Both the position numbers and the translations under genes were made by a program. A stretch of DNA of 64,000 nucleotides from a virus. Of the stretch, positions 17,371 through 27,818 are shown piece by piece. Each line of letters opens with the position of its first letter. Position 1 is the first letter of the stretch. The notes beneath the pieces were generated by a model. It was given only the letters and a program-made list of their open reading frames with translations. It did no database searches and was not told the DNA's origin. Location: positions 4,179 to 68,178 of the IMG/VR virus record IMGVR_UViG_3300005530_000025. One strand, written 5' to 3'.

Positions 17371-18399
17371 TCAACTCTTCGTGATCGACGCCAAGCCCCT
17401 CGGATTCAGGATGTTCATGGCCACCATCTCGTCGAAGACCCAGCCCTTCCAGAATGCCTCGACGTTGTGGTTCTCCTCGACATCCAGGGAGTACAGGATG
17501 GGGAAGACGCCCAGGAAGTTGGGCTCGGGGGCCAGGAAGATCTTCGCCTGCGGGACGATGATCGAGCGCTGGATCTGGAACTCACCGAAGCTGGTGATGG
17601 TCTCGCCCGCAACCACCCGGTCCTTGAAGGCCCAGCCGGTCTGGTTGATGTCCCACCGGAACATGTCCCGGTAGTCGAACGGGTTGATCAGGATCCGCGC
17701 CGACGGCAGCTCGTGCAGGTCGGTCATCGCCACGGCCGAGTACAGCGAGCCCGGGGTCAGGTAGCCCGACGCCTCGGTGATGTTGTGGTTGGGGGTGACC
17801 ACGTGGTCGGGCCGGGTGGCGTAGTCGGTGATCGCCGCCTGGAGGAGCACCAGCAGCCGGGCGTCCTCCTGCTTCAGGATCGCCTGCTTGGTCTCGTCCT
17901 GGGCCTGCTCGACCGCGTTGATCCGCAGGTAGAACAGGTCCTCCTTGCGGATGGCCGGCCGGCTCGCGATCCGGAAGAACCGCACCGGGATGCGCTTGCC
18001 CTCGAACGGGGTCACGCGGACCTCGCCCTCGGTGCCGCTCAGGATGTAGGCCTGGCCCAGGTCGTCCCACACGTCGTACTCGACTGGCGTGCCCGGCGTG
18101 ACCGGGTCCTCGACCAGCACGTTCCGGACGATGCCCTGGTAGCGCAGCTTCAGCTGGATGGGGCCGACCATCCCGACGCCGAGACGGCGGAAGCCGTGCA
18201 TCTCGTCGGAGAGGATGAGCGCCATCTTGCGGACCTTGGCCTCGCGCGTGAGCCCTACGCCGTTCGTCCGAGACCGGCGGGCCTCGATCTGGGCGACGTA
18301 GTCATCGCTCTTGCGGGAGGCCACTCGCGGACGCAGGCCGCCGCCTTGCGGCGCCAGCGCCAGCTGCCCGCCAGCCGAAACGGTGGCCAGCTCGTTCAT
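17371..18399 (-). CDS. Major capsid protein (HK97 fold, Bxz1-like)
   Basis: 342 aa; MVGPIQLKLRYQGIVRNVLVED, QAILKQED, C-terminal GWVFDEMVAMNILNPRGL; follows decoration and protease genes. Confidence 0.88.
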   Translation of the reverse strand: MNELATVSAGGQLALAPQGGGLRPRVASRKSDDYVAQIEARRSRTNGVGLTREAKVRKMALILSDEMHGFRRLGVGMVGPIQLKLRYQGIVRNVLVEDPVTPGTPVEYDVWDDLGQAYILSGTEGEVRVTPFEGKRIPVRFFRIASRPAIRKEDLFYLRINAVEQAQDETKQAILKQEDARLLVLLQAAITDYATRPDHVVTPNHNITEASGYLTPGSLYSAVAMTDLHELPSARILINPFDYRDMFRWDINQTGWAFKDRVVAGETITSFGEFQIQRSIIVPQAKIFLAPEPNFLGVFPILYSLDVEENHNVEAFWKGWVFDEMVAMNILNPRGLASITKS

Positions 18400-18456
18400 C
18401 TGGGTTCCTTTCCTGCGTCCGTCTGAGGACTCTTGACTACGCCCGGGCGGGCGGCG

Positions 18457-19074
18457 TCAGACCTTGAGCGCGGTCAGCTCGGCCGCGGTGAAGGCCGGCA
18501 GGCCGCCGATGGTGATCTTGGTGGCGCTGTTGACCTTCAGCAGCCGGGCGACCGGCGACGAGACCGTGGTGCCGGACGAGTAAGGCACGAGCATCCCCTG
18601 GTTGGACCCCGCGGTGGACACGCCCACCAGCGCCGAGCCCGAGCCGTCGGAAGGATCGGTCCAGGTCGCGGTGGCGTCGAAGGCGGGCGCCAGGATCTCG
18701 AACTCGGCATCCGGGGTCAGCACCCACACCGCGAAGGCATTGATGCCGGCGTACAGCAGCTCGTCGATGCCGTCTCCGCCCACGTAGAGGGCGCCCAGGC
18801 CGTAGATCGGGACAGTGGCAGCGGTCACGTCCGACCCGGCATTGCCCGTGTGAGCAGAGCCGGTCATCGTCTTGCCGCCCATCTGGACGCTGTTGGCCCC
18901 CGCCAGGGTCACCAGGTCGCCACCCGAGCGGATGAAGCCCATGCCCGGCCAGATCGGCACGGCACGAGTCCAGGCCGGGTCGAGGAAGCAGGGCTTGGGA
19001 GTGGCCTGCGTCCAGGCGTACAGCGGCCGGATCGTCCGCTTGACGTAGTCATTGCTCAGGTACGTGCGGATCAC
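18457..19074 (-). CDS. Capsid decoration/head structural protein
   Basis: KRTIRPLYAWTQATP; position immediately upstream of the major capsid gene. Confidence 0.65.
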   Translation of the reverse strand: MIRTYLSNDYVKRTIRPLYAWTQATPKPCFLDPAWTRAVPIWPGMGFIRSGGDLVTLAGANSVQMGGKTMTGSAHTGNAGSDVTAATVPIYGLGALYVGGDGIDELLYAGINAFAVWVLTPDAEFEILAPAFDATATWTDPSDGSGSALVGVSTAGSNQGMLVPYSSGTTVSSPVARLLKVNSATKITIGGLPAFTAAELTALKV

Positions 19075-19185
19075 GGCGTCTTCTCCGTCTCTCGTTCCGG
19101 ACCGGGCTGCTGACCGGCCCCCCTGCTACTCCTTCTGGGGGCCAGAGGGCCGGAAGGCTTCATCGGGTCGTATTCGTGTTCGGGG

Positions 19186-22100
19186 TCAGTCGATGAACAG
19201 GTCTGAGTCATCGGCGCCCGCGCTCGCGGCCGAGGCCGCGGAGGCGTAGTGAGCGGCGCCGACAGACGCGAGGGAAGGGGCCGAGCGGGTGGCGCCCTGG
19301 CGGGCCATCGGGCGCGCCGCGGGCTGCGCCGGGCGGACCCGGGACAGCACCCCGATCTCGTGCTCGATCATCGGGCCGGACATCGAGGCGTCCCGCTCGA
19401 TCGCCGCGGCGACCGCCAGCTCGTCGCCCTGGGCGAGGCCGGCCTGGACGCGCAGCCTGGCCAGCCGGATCGAGCCGAAGGTCCGGGCCGCGGAGGCATC
19501 CCGGGGCGTGATCTTCGAGGCCGCCCTCTGGCCGGGGCCCTGACCGGACTCCAGCAGCCAGGGGAACGCCGCCCCGTTGTCGCCCTGGCCGCCGATGCCG
19601 GGCCCGTGGGCCTTCAGCGGGTCCGGGTCGATCCGCACGTCAGTCTCGATGCGGCGCTGGCTCAGCGGCACCCCGCCGTCCTGGCTGGGGTTGGTGCCCT
19701 GGACCGGGGCCGTCACGTCGATCAGGTCGGTGGCGGGCGGGGTCTGCATCTCCACGCCCGGGGTAATCGCCGTGGTGGTCTGCTCGGCCGGGACATGCGT
19801 GGTCGAGCCCGGCGTGGTGCCCGGCCGCGACGGGTCATCCATCGTCTCCGGGGCCAGAGTCTCCTCGGTGGTCTGCGTCGGCGGGGCCTCCGGCGGGTCC
19901 GGCACCGGGCTGGCCGGGTTGAGCACGTCCGCGTGCCGCTGCATCACCCGGGTCCGGATGGCTGCCAGGTGCTGCCCGGCGCCCGCTGCATTGGCCAGGA
20001 AGCCCATCTGCTCGCGGAGGACATCGTTCTCAGCGGTCAGCTCCGCGATGCGGCGCGCCTGAGCCTGGGCCAGCGCCGAGGCGGTCTTGCTTCCTGCCAT
20101 GTCGTCGTCCCTCTCCGGGTCGTCGTCCTGTTCCTTCTGGGGGCCGCCAGCAGGTTCGAGCGATCCCTGGCGGCAGGCGGGACACGGCACGCCCGGCTGA
20201 GCGGCCACGTCGGGGGCGAAAGTCTGGCCGCAGGCGGGGCAGGCCAGCTGGCCGGCGGGAGCAGGAGCGAGCTGGTCCTCGGTGCCCTCGTTCTCCAGTT
20301 CCTGGCCCTCGCCCTGCTCCTCCCGGGCGGCCTCGGCATCCTCCGCGCCCTGCTCCTGCTCTTCCTCGCCAGCGGCCTGCTCCTCCTGGCCGGGCACCTG
20401 CGCGGCCGGCTGGCCCGGCCCGCCCTGGCCGACAGGCACGCCGTCGGGGGTGAGCTGGTCAGGGTGCTGGAGCTGCCCGGCGGCGTCCGGGTCGGAGCCC
20501 ATCGCCTGGTCCGGGCCGGTCATGACCTCTCCGGACTGGTCGAGCTGGTCACGGACCTGCTGGGCCCTCCCGGTGTCAGGGTCGCGGAACAGGCTCGGCG
20601 GCACGGTGAACCCGCAGACCGGGCAGCGATCGCCGGACCACACGTCGTGCTCGCCGCAGACCGGGCACTCCTCCATCCGCAAGGTGTCCACCTGGGGCGG
20701 CACGCGCTCCTCGCCGTAGGCGACCGAGCGGCGGCCGTGATAATGCATGTTCTCCTCGGGGATGCCCCCGGGGTGCTGCTGCTGGTGGTGCTGCTTCCAG
20801 CGCTCCTGGCCGCGGGTGAAGGTCTGCACCCGGCCCTTGCTGGCCCCGGCGCCGCCGCCGCCCAGGCCCGCCGAGTCCTCGGCCTGGTTCATCCGCTGCT
20901 GGCGAAGCCAGGTAGCGGCCTGGACCTCGTGCGGCTTGACCTCGCGGCCGTAGTGCTCCGAGAGGGTTCTCGCTGCATCCCGGTACATGTGCGACACGTG
21001 GTCGTAGTGCTGCTGCTGGCTGGCGGGGAACTTCCCGCCCTCCTCCTTGCTCAGCCGCCGGCCCGCGGCCACCGACAGCGCGTGCCGGTCCACGACTACC
21101 TGGTGATTGCCGCTGGCCTTGTCCTCGGGGGTGTCATCGCCGTGCTCGATCAGCTTGGCGAATGCCCGGGTCTTGGGGCCCTTGAGCACCTCGCTGTGGT
21201 GCTTGCCGGCCAGCATCTGGATGGCGGGCTTCTGCTGGCTGCCCATCGCGCCGGACCCGGGTCCCGGCGGCTCGCCCTGAGCCGCCCGGGAGGCGTTGAA
21301 CATGTTGATCGGCCATGCGGTCTGCGGGCTGTAGGCGCTCAGCAGGCCCGCTCCCAGGGCATGATTGCCGCCCGCGATGGCCCCGGCCACATGATGGGCG
21401 TCGGAATACCAGCGCCTGCCCAGCGACCGCTCGTCATCAGTGGTCTGGTGATAGGCCGTCACGATGTTGCCGGCGTTCATCGGGTGGTCCCGGAAGAACG
21501 GGTGGTCCCCGCCCTGCTTCTTGCGGGACGGCCTGGCGGCCGGGGCATCCTCGCCCTCGGCAGCTGCCGTCCTGGCCCACTCACCCTGATCCTCCAGCTC
21601 GGGCGCATAAGCGAATGCCCCTGGCCCGGGCGGGTGCTGCCTCAGGGCTGCGTCCCGGTGCATCAGCTCATGCGGCAGCAGCGCGGTCTTCTGCGGGGCG
21701 AACTGGCCGGTGGCGATCAGCATCGAGTTCTGACCGCGGGTCTCGGTAGTCATGGCATGGCGGGCCGGCCCGTGGAACATCCGCGAGTGAGCCAGCCAGG
21801 CAGCCTCCTCGCCGTGGCGGTCAAAGGACCGTCCGGTAGCCGCGTGCCCGAAGGCATCGTGCACTGCCCGGAACTTGTCATTGGTGTCGTCGTCAAAGAA
21901 CCCGTGCGGACCAGTAGCGGCCGTGCTGAGGACCTGAAGGCGCCCGTTCTTGTTCAGGTCGTGCGCCATCTCCAGGTGATTGGCGTACGGGTCATGATCA
22001 ACTGACTGAACCTTGACCCTCATCGCGTGAGTCAGGTGGTGGTACTGGTCATGCACCTGGCGGGCCATGTCCGCGAACGCGGCATGGGCTCCGGGATCGT

Positions 22101-23136
22101 TCATCGGCAGCGAGTGATAGGCCTGGGCCAGCTTCCGGATCCGGTCCGGGTTTGTCTCGATATGGCCGTATCCCTCAGCATGCGGGTCCTCCAGGCCATG
22201 CCGGGAGGAATAGGCACGAGCGCCCTCCACCATGCTCCGCACCGGGTGCACCGCAGGATCTCCCCGCCGGTTCAGGCGGTTATCGTCGATGTCCAGGCTC
22301 GCGGCAGCTGTATGACGGTGCTGGAGCGTCCGGCCGCAGGAGACGTGATGGCAGCCAGTCAGGTGATACAGATTGTCGGCGTCGGCCGCTGACTGACTGA
22401 ACTCAGCCGAGGCCGTGCTCCGCAGGGAGGCCGCCTTCCGCCGCGCGCTAGCTCCCCTGCCAGGCATCTTCAGGCCGCGGGCGTCCACGTCGCCCAGGAC
22501 ATAGGCGGTCGGGTCGGCCGGGTCCTCGACCAGCAGGCTGTTCTCGAAGAACGACAGGCCGGCGCAGATCTCGTGGATCAGCTTCTCCTCGACCCGGCCG
22601 GTCACCGGGTTGGTCTTGCGGATCTTCTTGCCCTTCAGCGCGGGCAGGTGCGCGCAGTACTCGGCCGGGTTGGTGGCCTTGTTGCCGCAGGCCGAGCACT
22701 TCGACCACTCGACATCGACGCCCATGGAGGTCCGGTTGACCCTGCCTGCCAGGAGCGCCGCGGCCAGCCGGGGGAAGCGCAGCGCGTCGATCTCCATCAG
22801 GCCCTCAGCCCAGGTGTCCGGGCTGCTGTCGGGGTTGCGGTCCCGGTGCAGGGCGACCGCCACGATCACGCCGCGGGCACGGCGGTGGTTGGCGTTGTGA
22901 TGGTTGACGAAGACCGGCTTGCCGAGGAAGGTCTGGTAGCCCTTCTCGATCTCGATATCCGGGAAAGTGTCGTGATTGTCATTGGTCCGGGAGGAGATCA
23001 TCCTCGACCGGACGTAGATGAAGCCGGGCCGCGGCTCATAGTCGAAGGCCACCCGGTGCGCTGACTTGCGCAGGCCCTGGTCCCGCTGTCCCGACCATGC
23101 CTCCAGGACTTCGAGCCTGGCGTACTTCCGCAGCAT
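19186..23136 (-). CDS. Capsid maturation protease/scaffold-like polyprotein with inserted domains
   Basis: N-terminal RTNDNHDTF...TFLGKPVFVNHHN...SMGVDV..CSAC..FFENSLLVEDPADPTA; Zn ribbons; acidic scaffold-like tail; head-module position. Confidence 0.72.
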   Translation of the reverse strand: MLRKYARLEVLEAWSGQRDQGLRKSAHRVAFDYEPRPGFIYVRSRMISSRTNDNHDTFPDIEIEKGYQTFLGKPVFVNHHNANHRRARGVIVAVALHRDRNPDSSPDTWAEGLMEIDALRFPRLAAALLAGRVNRTSMGVDVEWSKCSACGNKATNPAEYCAHLPALKGKKIRKTNPVTGRVEEKLIHEICAGLSFFENSLLVEDPADPTAYVLGDVDARGLKMPGRGASARRKAASLRSTASAEFSQSAADADNLYHLTGCHHVSCGRTLQHRHTAAASLDIDDNRLNRRGDPAVHPVRSMVEGARAYSSRHGLEDPHAEGYGHIETNPDRIRKLAQAYHSLPMNDPGAHAAFADMARQVHDQYHHLTHAMRVKVQSVDHDPYANHLEMAHDLNKNGRLQVLSTAATGPHGFFDDDTNDKFRAVHDAFGHAATGRSFDRHGEEAAWLAHSRMFHGPARHAMTTETRGQNSMLIATGQFAPQKTALLPHELMHRDAALRQHPPGPGAFAYAPELEDQGEWARTAAAEGEDAPAARPSRKKQGGDHPFFRDHPMNAGNIVTAYHQTTDDERSLGRRWYSDAHHVAGAIAGGNHALGAGLLSAYSPQTAWPINMFNASRAAQGEPPGPGSGAMGSQQKPAIQMLAGKHHSEVLKGPKTRAFAKLIEHGDDTPEDKASGNHQVVVDRHALSVAAGRRLSKEEGGKFPASQQQHYDHVSHMYRDAARTLSEHYGREVKPHEVQAATWLRQQRMNQAEDSAGLGGGGAGASKGRVQTFTRGQERWKQHHQQQHPGGIPEENMHYHGRRSVAYGEERVPPQVDTLRMEECPVCGEHDVWSGDRCPVCGFTVPPSLFRDPDTGRAQQVRDQLDQSGEVMTGPDQAMGSDPDAAGQLQHPDQLTPDGVPVGQGGPGQPAAQVPGQEEQAAGEEEQEQGAEDAEAAREEQGEGQELENEGTEDQLAPAPAGQLACPACGQTFAPDVAAQPGVPCPACRQGSLEPAGGPQKEQDDDPERDDDMAGSKTASALAQAQARRIAELTAENDVLREQMGFLANAAGAGQHLAAIRTRVMQRHADVLNPASPVPDPPEAPPTQTTEETLAPETMDDPSRPGTTPGSTTHVPAEQTTTAITPGVEMQTPPATDLIDVTAPVQGTNPSQDGGVPLSQRRIETDVRIDPDPLKAHGPGIGGQGDNGAAFPWLLESGQGPGQRAASKITPRDASAARTFGSIRLARLRVQAGLAQGDELAVAAAIERDASMSGPMIEHEIGVLSRVRPAQPAARPMARQGATRSAPSLASVGAAHYASAASAASAGADDSDLFID

Positions 23137-23201
23137 TGAGCCCTCCGTCGTCTCCTGCCCCTTCCGGGGCGGAGCGAGGAGGGCTCAGATGCCCAGGGGG
23201 G

Positions 23202-23771
23202 CTACTCGCCGGGGTCGAGGCGGGGCAGGCTCTCCAGCCAGGGACCCAGGTCATCCTCGATCGCGCCGCGGACACGGCGGACCAGAGTGGGCGGCTCCTC
23301 CGGAAGGGGCTCCGGGATCAGCGGATCCGGCAGCCCGGAAGGCCGGGCGATCATCGTCTCCCCGGTGACGGCGGGCCGGGCTGCGGTATCCCAGGGCGGG
23401 TGCCCCTCCGGGCTTGCCGTAACAGGCTCAGGATCATCCAGCCGCCCCGGGGGCGCCGGGGGAGGCAGGGTCTGCGGGTACGTGCGGACAGGCAGCGGGA
23501 CAGGGACAGGAAGCTTCCGGTGAGCCCCGGCGGGCCGCCGCGGGCGGCCGGCGGCCACGGAGCCAGGGACCAGGCCCCGGGCGGACCGGATGGTCGCCAC
23601 CCAGTCGTCGGCGTCACGATCCTCCCGGCTCTGGCGCTCGGCATGGACCAGCCGCCAGCGGGCCAGGCCGAAGCGGCCGGGCTCCGGGGTCAGGAGCAGG
23701 GACTCGGGCGGCCATGCCAGGTACAGGGCGAAGGCCGCCACGAGCGCCAGCGCGGCATCTCGCATGATCAT
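23202..23771 (-). CDS. Membrane-anchored Pro-rich protein
   Basis: N-terminal TM; GGAGAGG RBS. Confidence 0.55.
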   Translation of the reverse strand: MIMRDAALALVAAFALYLAWPPESLLLTPEPGRFGLARWRLVHAERQSREDRDADDWVATIRSARGLVPGSVAAGRPRRPAGAHRKLPVPVPLPVRTYPQTLPPPAPPGRLDDPEPVTASPEGHPPWDTAARPAVTGETMIARPSGLPDPLIPEPLPEEPPTLVRRVRGAIEDDLGPWLESLPRLDPGE

Positions 23772-23777
23772 CCTCTC

Positions 23778-24332
23778 CTACTTGCTCCGGCAGGTGGGAC
23801 CAATGCGCAGCTCGCGGGACAGGTCGTTCTCCAGCGGCAGCCCGCACTTGGTGCAGAACGCGAAGCCGTACTTCTTCTCGAACTCGATGCTGTCGGCCGG
23901 GGTCATCTCATCTTCCGCGCGCAGGAATCCCAGGGCGGCGGGGAAGGCCGTCCAGGCACCTGCCATGGAAGTGCGCGGGTTGATCTCGGACGGGCTGAAC
24001 ACCTTGGCCCGCAGGCCCTGGTTCCCGTACACCGACTGGTAGACCTTGAAGACCCGGCCGCGGTTGTAGTACATGCCGGGCTCGCTGACCCGGGTGCCGG
24101 GCCGGAAGCCGGGGCGGGCGGGAGTCGTCGCAGCCGGCGCTGCCGAGACGGGCGTTTCACGTGAAACAAGAAGCGGGTTCGCCAGCGGAGGGCAGCGGTC
24201 CAGGTAGCGCTTCATCCCGTCCATCTGAGCATCGCTCAGGCGGCGCGTGCCGTCCAGCTGGCTCAGGTCTATCTTGTGCCGCCTGGTGGCGGCCAGCTCC
24301 CGCAGCTTCCTGATCTTGTCGGTGTAGTTCAT
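23778..24332 (-). CDS. Hypothetical protein with C-terminal DUF6011-like Zn finger
   Basis: CTKCGLPLENDLSRELRIGPTC; preceded by the repeated promoter. Confidence 0.65.
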   Translation of the reverse strand: MNYTDKIRKLRELAATRRHKIDLSQLDGTRRLSDAQMDGMKRYLDRCPPLANPLLVSRETPVSAAPAATTPARPGFRPGTRVSEPGMYYNRGRVFKVYQSVYGNQGLRAKVFSPSEINPRTSMAGAWTAFPAALGFLRAEDEMTPADSIEFEKKYGFAFCTKCGLPLENDLSRELRIGPTCRSK

Positions 24333-24367
24333 CTCGCCCCGGTCTCTGCTCGTGGTCTGCTGAGATC

Positions 24368-24396
24368 ACAATAGCAAGAAAACCTGTAATGGGCAA
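24368..24396 (-). promoter_or_regulatory. Repeated early-type promoter/operator
   Basis: TTGCCC-ATTACAGGTTTTCTTGC-TATTGT. Confidence 0.7.
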
Positions 24397-24708
24397 CTAG
24401 CGCCCGATGACGATCCCGGTCGCGTCGATCAGCAGGTCCCGCGAGGTAGGCGGGATCAGCCGGTCGTCGATGTTGTCCATGACCTTCCTGCCGCAGCCGT
24501 GACAGTAGTTCTCGCGGCCCGGCTGGTCCTTCTCGTGATCCCAGGGGAAGTCCAGCTTGACCAGGAGCCCGTCCGGGTCTCCGTTCCCCTCCGGCTGGCC
24601 CTCATTGGACTCGATCTCCGCCTCGAACATCGGACGCCATCCGTGCAGGTAATGCTCCGGCGACAGGGCCCGGGCGATCCTCTCCGACACTTCCGCTGCA
24701 AGCGCCAT
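24397..24708 (-). CDS. Hypothetical protein
   Basis: GGGAGGG RBS; CxxC. Confidence 0.5.
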   Translation of the reverse strand: MALAAEVSERIARALSPEHYLHGWRPMFEAEIESNEGQPEGNGDPDGLLVKLDFPWDHEKDQPGRENYCHGCGRKVMDNIDDRLIPPTSRDLLIDATGIVIGR

Positions 24709-24831
24709 GCTTCCCTCCCGTCACCCACAGTAGGTGAGTTTGCACGGACTTACCATGTTCCTTGCCAAAACGAATCCGGATAGGAGCACGGCACAGAAGG
24801 AGAGCAGGGACCGCGGCCGGGGAGGTGATCA

Positions 24832-27039
24832 TTGACCACGATCACTAACGGCCTGGAGGGCCTGGCCGACGGCACCGTTATCACCACCGCCAACTCCGGC
24901 GGCGCCTCCGGGGATGCACTCGGCATCGTGACCGGCTCCGGCGGCGGCATTACTCCTACTGCCAGGTCCGCCGCGGCCTTCCATGGCGCCGTCGGCGCAG
25001 ACCTGACCGTGGGAGCCTCAGTAGGCAATTCCCTGGTCGGCTGGGACTCCTCCAGCTTCGGCGGCGTGCAGTCCGCGCTGTGGACCCGCGCCTACCTGAT
25101 GTTCCCGGGGTCGCTGCCGGGCACCACCCGAATCCACCGGATCGCAGACGGGTCAGGATCGTTCAACGGAAGCGTGGAGATCCTGGGCGCGACGGGCGTG
25201 CTCCGGACCCTGAACTCCTCCGGCACCAACCAGGGGGACGGCTCCGTCCCGCTGAGCCCGAATACCTGGTACCGGCTGGAGTGCCGGTTCGTCGGCAGCG
25301 CCAGTACCGGCGTGATCGAGTGGTTCCTCTACCCGGGGGACTCGGCCACTGCCCTGGACACCCGGACGTTCACCGGCATCAACACCCGCGGCACGATCGG
25401 CCAGGCGACCTGGGGCAACCCGTCATCTCAGACCGGCATAACGATCTACGGCGACGACTTCGGGATCAGCACCACCGGATATCTCGGGGCGGCCATCCAG
25501 GTGCAGTCCGGGAGCGCCGGGCTCCAGTCGTCCTACACCCTGGTCGCTAGTGCCATCCGCGGGGTGACCGCCGCGACGGCGCTGTCGTCAGTCCCGTCCC
25601 TGGCGGTGTCGGCCGTGCTTGCCCGCCGGGGCATCGCCAGCCTGGCCGCGCTCCCGGTCATGGGCGCCACGTCGGTGGTCTCCCGTCCGGGCACCGCTCA
25701 TCTGGCCGCCGTCCCGGTGCTGACCACGGCGGCAGCGGTGACCGAGAAGGCGGCGGATTCCCTCACCGCGAGCATGCAGCTCACCGCCTCCGGGACGGTA
25801 GCGCGACCGGGAAGCGCACACCTGCTGGCCGCCGCGGCGCTGACTGCTGCCGGCCGCGCCACCATGATTGCCTCCGCGCACCTGGCGGCTGGCACGGCGC
25901 TCTCTGCTGCTGGCACGCCAGGGCGGGCCGGGGTGGCGCACCTGGCGGCCGTGCCAGTGCTGAGTGCCGCGGGCGTGCCAGCGCGCCAGGGAGCGGCGCA
26001 CTTCAGCGCCAGCCCGGCGATGACAGCTCCTGGCACGCTGGCACGCCCTGGCGCAGCCAGCCTGGCAGCCTCACCGTCCCTGGCCGCGGCAGCGCTGGTC
26101 ACCGAGCGCGCGAGCGCGACCCTGAGTGCCCCGGGGTCGCTGTCAGCGCTGGCGGTCATCGCACGAGCCGCGCATGCCTCCCTGAGTGCCCCGGCGTCCC
26201 TCACGGCCGCGGGCAGGGCCATCCAGCTGGCTGCTGTCAGCCTGGCAGCAAGCCCGGCGCTGACGGCATCCGGAACGGCCGGCTCCTCGACCTCGGTGAC
26301 GATGTCGGCCGCGATGGCGCTGACCGTATCGGCCGGGGTCGCGCGGGCGGGCCATGCGTCCCTGGCGGCAGAGCCGTCCCTGGCGGCTGGCGCGGCGGTC
26401 ACCGAGCGCGCCAGCGCCGGCCTCCAGGTGGCGGCGCAGCTCCGGGCCGCCGCCCTCCTGGCGCGGCCGGGAGTGGCGCACCTCAGCGCCGTGCCGGCGC
26501 TGACCGCCGGAGCGCACCGGGAGCAGCTCGCCGGGGCCCCGCTCGGCGCGAGCATGGTGCTGACAGCCAGCGGGGAGCGATCCCCGGGGCTCAGCTCGAT
26601 CCTGTCCGCCCGGCCCGTGCTCGCGGTAACGGGAACGGTGGTTAACCTGGCCCGGGCAGGACTGGCCGCATCGGCCGTGCTCGGCACGGTCCCGGCCATC
26701 GGCGTGCCAGGAGCGGCCGTCCTGAGCGCTGCGGTGCTGATGACCGTCAGCGGCCGGATCGCGCAGATCCGGCAGGGCAGTGCCGCCCTGGCCGCCTCGG
26801 CCCGCCTGGCCGCGGGGGCATCGGTGGCCATCGGCCGCCTTGAGGAGCTGTGGGAGTCCTACGTCTCGGCCGACCAGGCAGCCACCGCGGCCGAGCGGCA
26901 GTGGAACGAGATCATCCTCGCGGGCGGCCGGTCGCAGTACGCCGGCTACTGGTACACCCGCTCCTACGAGCTGCGGATGACCGCGAGCGAGGCCTACGAC
27001 ACATGGCTGGCCTTCTACCAGCCCCGGGTCAGTAGGTGA
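24832..27039 (+). CDS. Ala-rich repeat structural protein with N-terminal beta-sandwich (lectin-like) region
   Basis: GGAGG RBS; ~24-aa AHLAAVPVLTA-type repeats; preceded by CACAGAAGG motif. Confidence 0.7.
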   Translation: MTTITNGLEGLADGTVITTANSGGASGDALGIVTGSGGGITPTARSAAAFHGAVGADLTVGASVGNSLVGWDSSSFGGVQSALWTRAYLMFPGSLPGTTRIHRIADGSGSFNGSVEILGATGVLRTLNSSGTNQGDGSVPLSPNTWYRLECRFVGSASTGVIEWFLYPGDSATALDTRTFTGINTRGTIGQATWGNPSSQTGITIYGDDFGISTTGYLGAAIQVQSGSAGLQSSYTLVASAIRGVTAATALSSVPSLAVSAVLARRGIASLAALPVMGATSVVSRPGTAHLAAVPVLTTAAAVTEKAADSLTASMQLTASGTVARPGSAHLLAAAALTAAGRATMIASAHLAAGTALSAAGTPGRAGVAHLAAVPVLSAAGVPARQGAAHFSASPAMTAPGTLARPGAASLAASPSLAAAALVTERASATLSAPGSLSALAVIARAAHASLSAPASLTAAGRAIQLAAVSLAASPALTASGTAGSSTSVTMSAAMALTVSAGVARAGHASLAAEPSLAAGAAVTERASAGLQVAAQLRAAALLARPGVAHLSAVPALTAGAHREQLAGAPLGASMVLTASGERSPGLSSILSARPVLAVTGTVVNLARAGLAASAVLGTVPAIGVPGAAVLSAAVLMTVSGRIAQIRQGSAALAASARLAAGASVAIGRLEELWESYVSADQAATAAERQWNEIILAGGRSQYAGYWYTRSYELRMTASEAYDTWLAFYQPRVSR

Positions 27040-27418
27040 TCCGGATCCCGTACTTGAGCCCGAGCCGGATCAGCTCCGGGCTCGGCGGGGGAAGCGGCTG
27101 CGGGCAGCCGAGGGAGTGCACGACGGCCCGGGAGTTCTCGACCCGCTCCACGCCGAGGCGTGAGGTCGTCTTCGGGTCCGGCGGGATGGAGCCGATCAGC
27201 GCGTACCAGGAGCACTGGCTGGCTTCCAGCTGGGTCACGACGGACTCGATCCGGCTGCGCTCGCTGAGCTGGCGGATGCTGAGAATGCCGGCCACCACCG
27301 AGACTGCCACCAGCAGGACTCCCTGCGCGATGACTATCCACCACAGCAGGTGCTTGCTGGTCCCGAGGAACTTGGCCAGGTCGGGATCAAGATCGTGAAC
27401 GGGCTTCGGCTCGGTCAT
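27029..27418 (-). CDS. Membrane protein (possible lysis accessory)
   Basis: TM followed by a two-Cys extracytoplasmic part. Confidence 0.55.
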   Translation of the reverse strand: MTEPKPVHDLDPDLAKFLGTSKHLLWWIVIAQGVLLVAVSVVAGILSIRQLSERSRIESVVTQLEASQCSWYALIGSIPPDPKTTSRLGVERVENSRAVVHSLGCPQPLPPPSPELIRLGLKYGIRITY

Positions 27419-27810
27419 TGGGATCCGATCCTGCTGTCCAGCTTGCTGAACGACTCGCGCATCTCGGCCGCCAGCTTCTCGATGGCGGGGTGACCGCTGG
27501 CCATGTCCATCAGGGCCGCGTTCTTGGCGTGCAGCTCAGCGATCTGGGCGGTCGCCTGCCGGAGCTGCTCATCCTTGGCGTCTCTCTCTGCTTCCACGGC
27601 GCGGGCGCGGGCCTCCCAGGACTCGGCCACGTTCTTGTAGTTGGAGAGCACCTGGGCGTTCTTGCCGACCCGGAGCGCGGCCCAGGTCCCGATGCCGCCA
27701 GCCAGGGCGAGGAGCACGGCAATAAGCCCGCCGAGCGTGGACAGCAGGGCGGACGAACTCGGCCCCGATGCGGCCACCTGGGCCGCGATGTCGGGGGGCA
27801 CGATCATCAT
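27415..27810 (-). CDS. Membrane protein with coiled coil (holin-like)
   Basis: TM then coiled coil; 4-nt overlap. Confidence 0.55.
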   Translation of the reverse strand: MMIVPPDIAAQVAASGPSSSALLSTLGGLIAVLLALAGGIGTWAALRVGKNAQVLSNYKNVAESWEARARAVEAERDAKDEQLRQATAQIAELHAKNAALMDMASGHPAIEKLAAEMRESFSKLDSRIGSQ

Positions 27811-27818
27811 CCGAGTGG

